DNA from: an uncultured Nitrospiraceae bacterium | GTDB taxonomy: Bacteria; Nitrospirota; Thermodesulfovibrionia; Thermodesulfovibrionales; Dissulfurispiraceae | Assembly: GCA_963705105.1 (NCBI GenBank) | Contig: CAVPIW010000006.1 | Location: forward strand, 128,001 to 192,000 | Direction: 5' to 3' | Length of the DNA stretch: 64,000 nt | In this document: positions 40,381 to 50,335 of the stretch, in pieces | How positions within the stretch are numbered: position 1 is the first letter of the stretch | How the letters are laid out: each line of letters opens with the position of its first letter | Translations under genes and position numbers: made by a program | The notes under the pieces: generated by a model | What the model was told of the DNA's origin: nothing | Database searches by the model: none | What the model saw: the letters and a program-made list of their open reading frames with translations, nothing else

Positions 40381-41352
40381 TCACTTCCAGATGCCGAGGC
40401 CCTTCAGGAAGGCCCTCAGCCCGGCGAAGAGCAGCATTGTGATGACGATGTACCGGACGGCCGTGGGTTTCGTCCTGGCCAGTATCCGGACGCCCACCAT
40501 GGAACCGAGCATGATGCCGATCACCGAGGGCACCACGATCATCGGTAAAACAGCGCCGTTGTTTACGTATATCCACGCCGCCGAGGTGTCCGTGATGGAC
40601 AGGAGGAACTTGCTCGTCGCGACGGACACTTTCAGGGGCGCTCCCATCATGAGGTTGAGCACGGGGACGTTGGCCCAGCCCGCGCCGAGTCCGAACAGGC
40701 CGGCCATGAAACCGATGATGACGAAGGTGGCGAGACCGAGGGGCGTCCTGTGGATCTTCCAGGGGATCGTCTGGCCCGTCGTGGCCTCGTAATAGATACC
40801 GTTTATCCTGAGGGCGACAGAGAGGGCATCGGCCTCTTTCACGTCCGGCACGGCCGATTTCTTCGCCATGAGCATGATGGCGACGATGCCGAGGATCGTG
40901 GCGCCCAGCGCTGTCTGCACCACGTTGGTCGGCAGCGCGAGACCGACCATGGCGCCGGCAATGGCGCATGACGAGGCGATGAGCGCGACGGGCAGCGCGA
41001 GCCTGAGATCGGCCAGTCCTTTCTTGAGGAGTCCCGGCCCGGCCGCCAGGGCGCCGGCGAGGGCGACGAGGAGTCCCGCCCCCCTGACAAAGTCCAGGTG
41101 GAAGGGGAAGAACCCGCCGATGATCGGCACAAAGAGCACTCCTCCTCCGACGCCTCCCAGGACGGCGACGATGCCGAGGAAGAAGGTCACGACGAAAAGG
41201 ATGAGGGGCCAGGCCCACCAGGGCAGGGTGGACGGCGCAGCGGAGACGCCGGCTGCCTGTTCCGCCGCATCGGCGACGGCGTCATGGAACCCTCCCGTGA
41301 CGGCCAAGGCGATCAAGAGAAAGACACCGAGCATCCTGTAATGTAGCGCCAT
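40381..41352 (-). CDS. TauE/SafE (TSUP) family transporter
   Basis: GGVGGGVLFVP, GLFGLGAGWANVP, KVSVATS. Confidence 0.88.
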   Translation of the reverse strand: MALHYRMLGVFLLIALAVTGGFHDAVADAAEQAAGVSAAPSTLPWWAWPLILFVVTFFLGIVAVLGGVGGGVLFVPIIGGFFPFHLDFVRGAGLLVALAGALAAGPGLLKKGLADLRLALPVALIASSCAIAGAMVGLALPTNVVQTALGATILGIVAIMLMAKKSAVPDVKEADALSVALRINGIYYEATTGQTIPWKIHRTPLGLATFVIIGFMAGLFGLGAGWANVPVLNLMMGAPLKVSVATSKFLLSITDTSAAWIYVNNGAVLPMIVVPSVIGIMLGSMVGVRILARTKPTAVRYIVITMLLFAGLRAFLKGLGIWK

Positions 41353-41436
41353 GGGAATCCTCCCTTTCAGGGCTCTCGAACGAATGGTCATAGAATAACG
41401 GTCGTCAGTCATCACTCGGCAGTCTCAAAACATACA

Positions 41437-41624
41437 CCTTTCTGTTGCATGAAAAGGCGGAGCGAAGCACTCTGAAAACAGTGTGAGTGTCAGTGTCGGA
41501 AAAGATGTCCAATCCTCCTGACATCGGCTTATGCCTCACCTTCCGTTTTGATACAGGTGTCGCCGCAGCAAGGTTTTCGGCGCCCACATCCCGCCTTTCC
41601 GGAAATCCTATTGCAACAGTAAGG
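41437..41624 (+). repeat. Palindromic dispersed element, copy G (core begins with AGTGTG/AGTGTC repeats)
   Basis: CCTTTCTGTTGCATGAAAAGGCGG ... CCCGCCTTTCCGG..TTGCAACAGTAAGG. Confidence 0.8.
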
Positions 41625-41637
41625 TAAAATCAGGTAT

Positions 41638-42054
41638 TCAATATGTCAGTGGTCCCGCTGTCGGTTTGCCCGCGATCTTGCGGGTTGCTTCACGGATGCG
41701 GTTCATGAGCTTATCGATATCGACGGGTTTGTTGAGAAAATCGAACCCGCCAAGCTGTTTCGCCTCTTCCGCATCCTTGTCGCTTCCGTGGCCCGTCACC
41801 ATGATCACCTCGATCTTCGGAAAGGACCTCTTGACTTTCCGAAGGACGTCAAGGCCGCTCATGTCCGGCATCTTGAGGTCGAGGATCATGACGTCAGGTC
41901 CTTCATTTTCTTTCCGCTCCAGGAGGAACGAAAGGGCCTGGGTGCCGTCATAGACGGCATCGACTGCGAGGTCCCTCATCTTCAGCCTCAGCGCGAGCGT
42001 ATCGACGAAGGCCTTTTCATCATCGACCAGAAGGACCCTAATCTGTCGTGTCAC
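41638..42054 (-). CDS. Single-domain response regulator
   Basis: LLVDDE, LDLKMPDMSG, TGHG, KP. Confidence 0.9.
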   Translation of the reverse strand: MTRQIRVLLVDDEKAFVDTLALRLKMRDLAVDAVYDGTQALSFLLERKENEGPDVMILDLKMPDMSGLDVLRKVKRSFPKIEVIMVTGHGSDKDAEEAKQLGGFDFLNKPVDIDKLMNRIREATRKIAGKPTAGPLTY

Positions 42055-42114
42055 GGAGCCACCCCGGAACGCCCCCCCTCGGGTTAACCTTACTGTTGCA
42101 TAAAGCGTCAGGTC

Positions 42115-42789
42115 TCATGTCTGGACCGCATCAGCAGCAACAGCGGGCAATGAGAGGATCGTTTCACCATCCTCAGGCCTTCTCGAAATAGTCCCGTCAA
42201 GGTCCGTGAGGAGCACTTTAATGAGTTCGTCCGAACACAGCCCTCCTTCAGCCGGATCACCTGCCCGTTCCCCATTGGAGAGCACGGAGATCTTGATCGC
42301 ATTGCCCGACAACGCCGTTCGGACAGTCACCACACTCCTGCTGCCGAGGGTTTTCATCTCCTCATCGATAATGCAGAACAGGAGAAGCTCGAGCTTCCCC
42401 GGATCGCTGTACGTCATGGGCACGTCTTCGTCGTATTCGGCCCTCAATGAAATGCGTTTCAGCCGGCCGAACCGCACCGTCAGGGCGACGAGCTCCTCGA
42501 CGACCTCGTTCACGCTGAAAGAGGATCGTTCAGTGTCGTTCCTGTGGGCGTAACGGTTGAGGAACGTCGTCAGCCGGAGGGTCATCCGTACCTCGTCATC
42601 AATGGACTTCAGGAAATCGAGGAGCGCAGCAGGATCCAGTTTCACCTTTTTTCCCCCGAAGGTGATGATGTCGCTCTGCAGACCTGCCGATTCCTTGATC
42701 ACGGCGAGATGGTTTTTCAGTTCGTGCGTGTAACTGGCCAGGATGCGGCCGATAAAGTTGAGCTGTGCGATCCTCAGTTCATGCTCCAT
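42115..42789 (-). CDS. Sensor-less HisKA protein with a degenerate ATPase domain
   Basis: THELKNHLAVIKE H-box; no recognisable DxGxG or GxGLGL. Confidence 0.65.
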   Translation of the reverse strand: MEHELRIAQLNFIGRILASYTHELKNHLAVIKESAGLQSDIITFGGKKVKLDPAALLDFLKSIDDEVRMTLRLTTFLNRYAHRNDTERSSFSVNEVVEELVALTVRFGRLKRISLRAEYDEDVPMTYSDPGKLELLLFCIIDEEMKTLGSRSVVTVRTALSGNAIKISVLSNGERAGDPAEGGLCSDELIKVLLTDLDGTISRRPEDGETILSLPAVAADAVQT

Positions 42790-43180
42790 GTCGCCTCCGG
42801 TTTTGTGCCGCCCGTTCGATCCGTGCCAACTGCGCCCTGTCGATGCTATCCGTGAGCTCGCGGATGTCGATCGGTTTGACGAGGTAATCGAAGACGCCTG
42901 CGACGTCTTTCGCATCAGACAGCCCTCCCTGCCCGGAAAGGATGATGATCTCCACGGTGGCGTCGAATTTCTTGAACTCGTCGACGACCTCGAAACCGTG
43001 GAGCCCGGGCATGTTCATATCGAGGAGGATCACGTCGGGAGGGTTGTTATGGATCGCCGCAAAGGCGTCTTCGGCGCAGAAGACGGCCTTTGCATCGTAG
43101 TTGCGCAGTTTGAGCCTCTCCGCAAGGGCCATGGCGAATTCGACCTCATCGTCGACAAGCAGGACTTGTGTGCGTTTCAT
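42779..43180 (-). CDS. Single-domain response regulator
   Basis: LLVDDE, LDMNMPG, KP. Confidence 0.9.
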   Translation of the reverse strand: MKRTQVLLVDDEVEFAMALAERLKLRNYDAKAVFCAEDAFAAIHNNPPDVILLDMNMPGLHGFEVVDEFKKFDATVEIIILSGQGGLSDAKDVAGVFDYLVKPIDIRELTDSIDRAQLARIERAAQNRRRHGA

Positions 43181-44940
43181 GACACTCCCGTTGAATGGTC
43201 TGCGTTGACAGGTATTTTGATGGTGAAGGTCGTCCCCTTGCTGACGATACTGTCGACCTGGATGGTGCCGCCGAGGCGCTGCATGATGCCGTAGGACAGG
43301 GAAAGGCCCAGCCCCGTGCCTTTACCCTTCTCCTTCGTCGTGTAAAAAGGCTCGAAGATGTGCTTCATGACCTCCCTCGGGATCCCCTCGCCGTTGTCCC
43401 TGATGATGACCCGGATGAAGCCGTCGTCAGGCACGGTCGAGACGGTTATGATACCGCCGTCGTCGACGGCGTCGATGGCGTTGTTGATGATATTGAGGAA
43501 GACCTGCTGGATCTGTCCCCGGTCACTCTGGACCATGGGGAGGTGCTCATTCAGGTTCAGTTCAAGATGAATATCCCGGTAAAGGATCTCACGCTCGAGG
43601 AACCCGCTCACTTCCTTGATCGCGTCGTTGATGTCGATCCCCTCGATCTTCACATCCATTCTTCTCGCAAAACCGAGGAGTCGATGGGTGATCGTCCGGC
43701 ACCTGTTGATATTGTCGACAATGCCGCTGATCAGGGGAGCGAATTTCTCCTTGCACGAAGAGACTTCGGGCGAGAACTCGAGCATGTCCTGCATGAGGCC
43801 CGCCTTTTCATTGATGACGGCGAGGGGATTGTTGATCTCGTGGGCGACACCGGCGGCGAGCCGCCCGACGGAGGCGAGCTTCGCCGAATGCTCCGTCTGG
43901 GAGATCGCTTCCTCCCTGTGCCGGTCGGCCTCCTCGATCCAGTTTACCACCCTCCGGGCGGTCCGGTAATTCAGTATGATACCGAAGACGATGAGCACGA
44001 CAATCACATAGACCGCCACCTTCTCCCGGCGGAATATCTCGAGGAGCCTCCCGAAGGAGGTGGACTTGATGACGACGCCGAGGATCCAGGGTGTCTGTTT
44101 GATAGAGGCATAGCCGAAGACGGCATCGTCACCCCAGGGCTGGATCTGGATCTGCGACGCATCCTGTCTCGGTGGGACGATATTCATGGCAATGTGGTCG
44201 AGGAGCTTGCCGTGAAAGCGCGACGGCGTCTGGAGTATCCCTTCCGTGTTGATGATGAAGGCGTCGTCGTTCTCTTTCAGCATGATCGACGCAACAAAGT
44301 GCGAGAGGGTTTCGACATCGATCGTTGCCCTGAGGACCCAGAAACTGTTTTTCTCGGGCATCTCCTGCTTCACCGCAATTGCGAAATGAGGGGTGTTCCG
44401 GTACCCGAGGAAGACGTCGCTCACGTAGACCCCCCGAACGATGACCTTCTGAAACCAGTCCTGGTTCGCGTAGTCTTTTCCGAGGAGATCGTACGGGCCT
44501 GAGTAGGCACGCTGAATACCTTTGTTGTCGATCACGCCGAGGTCGACGAGCTCGGCGAATTCCTTTTTCCTTTTTGTGAATATCTCGCTGAGCCCGCGCT
44601 GTTGGGAGAGCTCATCAAAGCTGTGGGCGGACGTGAGGAACTTGAGTCCCGATATTTTTTCTCCCAGGAACATCTCAAGTGACTTCCCTGCGCTCTCGAT
44701 CTGCCACCTCAACTGGACGTTGAAATTGTCGTCGAGAATGTCCCGCAGCCAGACGAATCCGATGAGGATGACGAGAATGAGCGGGACGCCTGCGAGAGCG
44801 CCGATGATGAAGAAGAGACGGAAGCGGAGGCTCTTGTAACGGTCTGTGCCGATAAGCGCAAGGGCTTCCTGAGGATGGAGGAACAGCGACTTGAGGATGC
44901 TCAGGCCTTTTTCGGTTATTTTTTCCGTGTCATCTTTCAT
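43177..44940 (-). CDS. Membrane sensor histidine kinase (Cache-like domain)
   Basis: 2 TM segments; AHEINNPL; DNGEG; GTGLGL. Confidence 0.92.
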   Translation of the reverse strand: MKDDTEKITEKGLSILKSLFLHPQEALALIGTDRYKSLRFRLFFIIGALAGVPLILVILIGFVWLRDILDDNFNVQLRWQIESAGKSLEMFLGEKISGLKFLTSAHSFDELSQQRGLSEIFTKRKKEFAELVDLGVIDNKGIQRAYSGPYDLLGKDYANQDWFQKVIVRGVYVSDVFLGYRNTPHFAIAVKQEMPEKNSFWVLRATIDVETLSHFVASIMLKENDDAFIINTEGILQTPSRFHGKLLDHIAMNIVPPRQDASQIQIQPWGDDAVFGYASIKQTPWILGVVIKSTSFGRLLEIFRREKVAVYVIVVLIVFGIILNYRTARRVVNWIEEADRHREEAISQTEHSAKLASVGRLAAGVAHEINNPLAVINEKAGLMQDMLEFSPEVSSCKEKFAPLISGIVDNINRCRTITHRLLGFARRMDVKIEGIDINDAIKEVSGFLEREILYRDIHLELNLNEHLPMVQSDRGQIQQVFLNIINNAIDAVDDGGIITVSTVPDDGFIRVIIRDNGEGIPREVMKHIFEPFYTTKEKGKGTGLGLSLSYGIMQRLGGTIQVDSIVSKGTTFTIKIPVNADHSTGVS

Positions 44941-45042
44941 AGGTTGTTATAACGTTAGTATATTATACCACCATTGGGTTGACTGGCAAGCATTTGTCGC
45001 CGTTTTGTAGCTCGCTGACATTTGAGCACCGCGACGGCAGGG

Positions 45043-46494
45043 TTACGTCCTGTAGAACCTCGGAACAAACATGATGATGACCGTGTAGATCTCCAACCGA
45101 CCGAGCAGCATGTCGATTGTGAGTATCCATTTGGCGAAAACGGGAAGACCGGCATAATTGTCCATGGGTCCGACGGCGCCGAGTCCGGGGCCGACATTGC
45201 CGATGCATGCTATTGCGGAGGTTATCGATGTGATCACGTCCACCCCGCTTGCGGCGACGAGAAAGATGGAAAGGGCCGTCAATCCCATATAGAGAATAAC
45301 AAAACTCCAGATGCCGCTCAGGACATCCGGCGGAACGGCCTGTCTGCCGATCTTGACGCGCGTCACCGCCCGGGGATGGATGACCTGGATGAGCTCCCGG
45401 TACGCGTGCTTGAGCAGGACCATAATGCGCATGCATTTCACGGCACCGCCCGTGGAGCCGACGCATCCGCCGACGAACATGCAGAGCAGGAGGAGGCACT
45501 GGGGCAGCGGCGGCCAGAGCTCGAAGTCCGCCGTTGCGAATCCTGTTGTGGTGAGAATGGAGGCGACCGTAAAGGAGGCATGCTGAAGCGACCGGCCGGG
45601 CGAATCACTACTCAATAAATAAACGCTCACTGTGACGATCGCCGTCACGGTCATGTAAAATCCCACGAAGAAACGGCATTCCGCGTCTCTCCACAGCACC
45701 AGGGGTTTGCCCCTGAAGAGCTGGAAGTGGAGAGCGAAGTTCATCCCACCGATCAGCATGAAGACAGTGGTGACGGTATCGATATACACGCTCCTGTAAT
45801 GGCCGATGGACGCGTTCTTTGTGGAGAATCCGCCCGTTGCGATGGTCCCGAAGGTGTGGCAGAGGGAGTCGAAGAGGTCCATGCCGCCGAGCATGTAGAG
45901 GATCGTCTGCATAACCGTGAAGATGGTGTAGACCTTCCAGAGAATCATGGCGGTGTCTTTGATACGCGGCTTCAGCTTATCCGGTATGGGCCCCGGGACC
46001 TCGGCCTTGTAAAGCTGCATGCCCCCCATTCCCAGGAAGGGAAGGATGGACAAGCCCAGGAGGATGATCCCCATGCCGCCGAGCCAGTGGGTGAAGCTGC
46101 GCCAGAACAGGATGCCTTTTGGGATGACCTCAACGTCTTTGAAGATCGAAGCGCCGGTGGTCGTGAATCCTGAAATTGTCTCGAACAGGCAGTCCACGGG
46201 GTGGGCATAGAGGCCGGCGAAATAATAGGGCAATCCGCCGAAGATACCCGCGGCGGTCCAGCAGAGGGTCGTGATGGCGATGCCTTCGCGGTGTGTGAGG
46301 GCCTTCCGGGGGCCGGAACCCCGAAAGAAGAAGGCGAGGACTGCACCGACAACGACTGTCAGGATGATCGATTCGATCAGGGGCCACACGCCCGCATCCG
46401 CGTAATACAGGGAAAATCCAAGGGGGAGGATCATGCAGAGACCGACGCAGACCAGGAGGACGCCGACTATATGGAAGACGACGCGCCAGCTCAT
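45043..46494 (-). CDS. trkH: TrkH potassium uptake membrane protein
   Basis: SGFTTTG, WLGGMG, ATGGFS, GSTGGAVK, GNVGPG, GRLE. Confidence 0.95.
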   Translation of the reverse strand: MSWRVVFHIVGVLLVCVGLCMILPLGFSLYYADAGVWPLIESIILTVVVGAVLAFFFRGSGPRKALTHREGIAITTLCWTAAGIFGGLPYYFAGLYAHPVDCLFETISGFTTTGASIFKDVEVIPKGILFWRSFTHWLGGMGIILLGLSILPFLGMGGMQLYKAEVPGPIPDKLKPRIKDTAMILWKVYTIFTVMQTILYMLGGMDLFDSLCHTFGTIATGGFSTKNASIGHYRSVYIDTVTTVFMLIGGMNFALHFQLFRGKPLVLWRDAECRFFVGFYMTVTAIVTVSVYLLSSDSPGRSLQHASFTVASILTTTGFATADFELWPPLPQCLLLLCMFVGGCVGSTGGAVKCMRIMVLLKHAYRELIQVIHPRAVTRVKIGRQAVPPDVLSGIWSFVILYMGLTALSIFLVAASGVDVITSITSAIACIGNVGPGLGAVGPMDNYAGLPVFAKWILTIDMLLGRLEIYTVIIMFVPRFYRT

Positions 46495-46495
46495 C

Positions 46496-47860
46496 TCAGA
46501 GAAGTCTCGCCTTGCCGACCAGTAACTGCTCGACGCGGGGGATGCCGTGGCGCGTCGACATGATGATCACCCGGTCCCGGGGCCGAATGACGGTGTCGCC
46601 GCTGGGAATGATGACGTCCTCCCCCCGCACGAGGCACAGGATGAGGGAGTCTGCGGGCAGCTTCAACTGCTTGAGCGGCGTCTTGACGATATCGGAGCCG
46701 TCGAGGGCGATTGCCTCGAGGACCTCGGCCTCCTTCCCTTTGATCGAGACGGTGGAAAGCACCTTGCCTTGCCGGACAAAGGGAGATATGGAGTTGATCA
46801 CCGACCGGCGGGGGCTCACGACATGGTCGATGCCGATGGTGTGGACCAGCGGAATGTAGGCGAACTTGTTGACGCGGCAGATCGTTTTCTTTGCGCCCAT
46901 GCGCCGGGCCAGCAGGCACGCGAGGATGTTCATCTCCTCATCGTCCGTCACGGCGATGACCATGTCCATGGCGCCGACGTTTTCCTGTTCGAGCAATGCC
47001 TGGTCCGTGGCGTAGCCCTGGAGAACGATGACATTGTGGAGCCTGGCGGAAATGCTCTCGCAGCGGAGGGGGTCCATCTCGATCAGCTTCGTGTGGTATA
47101 CCTTCTTATCGATCGCCTGGGCCAGCCGGAAACCGATTCTTCCGCCCCCCACGATAAGGATGTTCCTGACCGTACCGGCCTGGCCTCCGAAGAGCCGCTG
47201 GACCTCACTGAGGTTCTTCTGTTCGCAGACATAGTAGACGAAGTCCCCTGCCCGCAGGACATCCTTTCCCTTGGGAATGATGAGGCGATCGTCCCTGATG
47301 ACGGCGGCGACGATTATCCTGTTCTTCTCGATCTTTTCGGGCAATTGCATGAGCTTGAGTCCGTTGAGGACGCTTTCATGGGGCAGCTTCTTGCCCACCA
47401 TCTTGATGCGGCCTCCCGCGAAATCGTTGATCTCCTCCACATCAGGCGCGTTGAGGACCCTGAGGATCGAGTTTACGACCTCCACTTCAGGATTGATGAC
47501 CAGGTCGATGCTGAGTATGTCCTTCGAAAGGGCGTCACGATACGCCGTATAATCGTCGCTGCTGATGAGGGCGACCTTGTGGATCTTCGGGGCGAGAATG
47601 TTCGTGAAGAGACAGGCGATAAGGTTGGTTTCGTCGCTGTTGGTGACGGCCAGCAGGATATCGGCGTCCCTGACACCTGCCTCGGCAAGCACCTTGGGGC
47701 TCGATCCCGAGCCGTGGAGCGTCTGGACGTCCACGTGATCGAGCATGATTTTGAGGGCCTGCTCGTTGCTGTCGATGACGACGACTTCCTTGCGCTCCGA
47801 GGCGAGCCACTCGGCAAAGTAAAATCCGACCTCTCCCGCGCCGACGATGACGACTTTCAT
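46496..47860 (-). CDS. trkA: TrkA potassium uptake regulatory subunit
   Basis: Two RCK units: GAGEVG and GGGRIG. Confidence 0.95.
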   Translation of the reverse strand: MKVVIVGAGEVGFYFAEWLASERKEVVVIDSNEQALKIMLDHVDVQTLHGSGSSPKVLAEAGVRDADILLAVTNSDETNLIACLFTNILAPKIHKVALISSDDYTAYRDALSKDILSIDLVINPEVEVVNSILRVLNAPDVEEINDFAGGRIKMVGKKLPHESVLNGLKLMQLPEKIEKNRIIVAAVIRDDRLIIPKGKDVLRAGDFVYYVCEQKNLSEVQRLFGGQAGTVRNILIVGGGRIGFRLAQAIDKKVYHTKLIEMDPLRCESISARLHNVIVLQGYATDQALLEQENVGAMDMVIAVTDDEEMNILACLLARRMGAKKTICRVNKFAYIPLVHTIGIDHVVSPRRSVINSISPFVRQGKVLSTVSIKGKEAEVLEAIALDGSDIVKTPLKQLKLPADSLILCLVRGEDVIIPSGDTVIRPRDRVIIMSTRHGIPRVEQLLVGKARLL

Positions 47861-47910
47861 TGTGCCTCCTGACTCTTTACCGAAACCTCATGGATTTCCC
47901 GGGTTATCAA

Positions 47911-48123
47911 CCTTTCTGATGCATGGAAAGGCGTGGCGAAACGCCTCAAAGCCTTGCTGAAGGCGACGATAAGCCTCGTCAGGTTTGTCTTTCAGGATTC
48001 CACTCTTTGTGTGGTCGACCATTGGTTTGAAAGGTTGTCTTCTGTGAGAGTTATGGTGTCGCCGCAGCAATGTTTTCGGCGCATACGCCCCGCCTTTCCC
48101 GGAAGTGTATTGCAACGAAAAGG
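47911..48123 (+). repeat. Palindromic dispersed element, copy E
   Basis: Both arms present; core colinear with copy C. Confidence 0.85.
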
Positions 48124-48176
48124 TCAAGTCATTCATAGGGGACGACCTCGTAAAAAGTCCCGTAGAAGGCTTGTCC

Positions 48177-48242
48177 GTCATTCCCGCTTGTCAGGAATCC
48201 TTCTGCGCAACAGGGAAAGATGCCGGACAAGCCGGCATGACA
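48177..48242. repeat. GTCATTCC-type REP-like palindrome, copy 3
   Basis: GTCATTCCCGCTTGTCAGGAATC...GATGCCGGACAAGCCGGCATGACA. Confidence 0.75.
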
Positions 48243-48330
48243 GACTAACCTTACGGTTCATTACTTGTGATATCCTTAAAGTCTCTGCAATCGATGGAGT
48301 ATCTCCGGAATGCCTGTTCTCTGCGAATCC

Positions 48331-49671
48331 TTAGATATGTAAAACATAATAGCGCAGCCAGACATAAACCGTCGAGACCGCGACGGTCACGATCATCACG
48401 GGCATGCCGACGGCCATGAACTTGAGGAACGAAATCCTGTGTCCCATCTTCTCCGACATCCCCACGACGATGACGTTTGCCGAGGCGCCGATGGCCGTTC
48501 CGTTACCGCCGAGACAGGCGCCGAGGGCGAGGGACCACCACAGAGGCATGAGGTCGGGGTGATGCAGAAGCTGAACTCCCGACATGTTCGGCCAGAGCTG
48601 CCTTGCCATGTCGATGATAAGGGGATTCATTGTCGCGACGTAGGGGATGTTGTCGACGACGGCAGACGCAAAGGCGGAGAACCACATGACGACCATCGCG
48701 GTGGCGAAGAGGTTGCCCTCCGTGATCGCCAGCACCTGAAGGGACATCCATTTGATGAGGCCCACCTTGACGACGCCGCCCACAATGATGAAGAGGCCCA
48801 TGAAAAAGAAGATCGTCGGCCATTCCACCTCCGCCAAAAGGTGGTGGGGTTCATGTGTGCCCGAGAGGAGCAGCAGGATGCCTGCTCCGAAAAGGGCGAT
48901 CGTCGCAGGCTCATAATGGAGTGCACCATGAAAGACAAATCCCGTCAGGACGAGAGCGAGGACGAAGAGCGACTTTTTCAGCATAGCGGGGTCCTTGATG
49001 GCTGACCTTTCGTCCATCTCCATGATCCGTGTCTTGAGCTCCTCATGGGTTGTGAGCTTTCGGCCCCAGATGATCCTGATAAGGAACAGGTAGGCGATCA
49101 TGACGACGATGATGCAGGGTGTCAGGTGATAGACGAAGTCCATAAAGTCGAGCTGCGCCTTCGAGGCGATCATGATGTTCGGCGGGTCGCCGATGAGTGT
49201 CGCCGTGCCGCCGATATTCGATGCAAGGGCGTTGGAAATGAGGTATGGAACGGGATCGACCTCGAGGGCGTCGGCGATGAGCAGCGTGACGGGAGTGATG
49301 AGCAGGACCGTCGTGACGTTGTCGAGGAAAGCGCTCAAGGTGGCCGTGATCACCGCGAAGATGGCGAGAATCCTGAAAGGATCCCCTTTGCCCAGCTTCG
49401 CGCTCCTGATGGCGAGGTATTCGAAGATACCCGTCGGCTTCATGATATTGATGATGATCATCATCGATATGAGGAGGAAGATGACGTTCCAGTCAATGCC
49501 GAATTCCTCGACATGAAAGGCCTCCCGCTGGTCAAGGATCTTAAGGATGACAATGAACGAAGCGCCGACGATGGCGACAACAGTTTTGTGTATCTTTTCC
49601 GACATGATGAGAGCGTAAGAAAGGAGAAAAATGATGGTGGCTGTCCAGAAGGCAAGGTCAGGCGGGAAAAT
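48331..49671 (-). CDS. ArsB/NhaD (SLC13-like) ion transporter; start uncertain
   Basis: SAFLDNVTT, NIGGTATLIGDPPN, VDNIP, GGNGT.IGASAN; an extra TM helix lies upstream of the ATG at 49605. Confidence 0.88.
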   Translation of the reverse strand: MFPPDLAFWTATIIFLLSYALIMSEKIHKTVVAIVGASFIVILKILDQREAFHVEEFGIDWNVIFLLISMMIIINIMKPTGIFEYLAIRSAKLGKGDPFRILAIFAVITATLSAFLDNVTTVLLITPVTLLIADALEVDPVPYLISNALASNIGGTATLIGDPPNIMIASKAQLDFMDFVYHLTPCIIVVMIAYLFLIRIIWGRKLTTHEELKTRIMEMDERSAIKDPAMLKKSLFVLALVLTGFVFHGALHYEPATIALFGAGILLLLSGTHEPHHLLAEVEWPTIFFFMGLFIIVGGVVKVGLIKWMSLQVLAITEGNLFATAMVVMWFSAFASAVVDNIPYVATMNPLIIDMARQLWPNMSGVQLLHHPDLMPLWWSLALGACLGGNGTAIGASANVIVVGMSEKMGHRISFLKFMAVGMPVMIVTVAVSTVYVWLRYYVLHI

Positions 49672-49691
49672 GGCTTCTGTTTCTCCTTTCG

Positions 49692-50186
49692 TTAGTCCGG
49701 GGGATTATCTTGTTCATCATCGAGCAGCGCTTTTGCGATCGCGAAGAATACGTCCCTCTCATAGAGCATGCCGACGAGCTTGCCCGATTTGTCCGTTACA
49801 GGCAGTCGCTTGATATTCTTCTTGATCATGTAGTCGACACATTCCATCAGCGGGGCATCGTCTTTCACTGTCATAACGTCCCTCGTCATGAGCATTCTGA
49901 CCCTCTTGTCGGCGTTTTTTTTCGCCATTTCCTCGAGCATGCCGTCCCAGGTGAACTGCCCGAGGTCACTGAGGGACATGTAGGAAGGCCAGACCACTTT
50001 CAGGATGTCCCGCATCGAGAGCACCCCGACGATCTTTCCCGTCTCTTCATCGACGACGGGCAGTCCCTTCACTCCGATCTTTTCCTCCCCCCTTCTCGCC
50101 ATCTTCAGCAGATTGACGGCATGCCTGAGCGTGTCGTCCGGCCTGAGACAGTCCTGGAGCGGTATCATGAGGTCCCGTGCTTTCAT
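49692..50186 (-). CDS. CBS-pair protein
   Basis: GLPVVD...IVGVLS; RLPVTD..KLVGML. Confidence 0.88.
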   Translation of the reverse strand: MKARDLMIPLQDCLRPDDTLRHAVNLLKMARRGEEKIGVKGLPVVDEETGKIVGVLSMRDILKVVWPSYMSLSDLGQFTWDGMLEEMAKKNADKRVRMLMTRDVMTVKDDAPLMECVDYMIKKNIKRLPVTDKSGKLVGMLYERDVFFAIAKALLDDEQDNPPD

Positions 50187-50335
50187 GATGGCATCGCCTC
50201 GTTGTGTCTCCAATACAAGAATTTTGACTTACGCAAAGTCGCAAAGAGCGCAAAGAAAGAAAACATCTTCATTATCGCGGCATCTTCACCTGACTTTCCG
50301 ATGGGCTTATGTATCCGTGGGGGAGACATTGCGAA

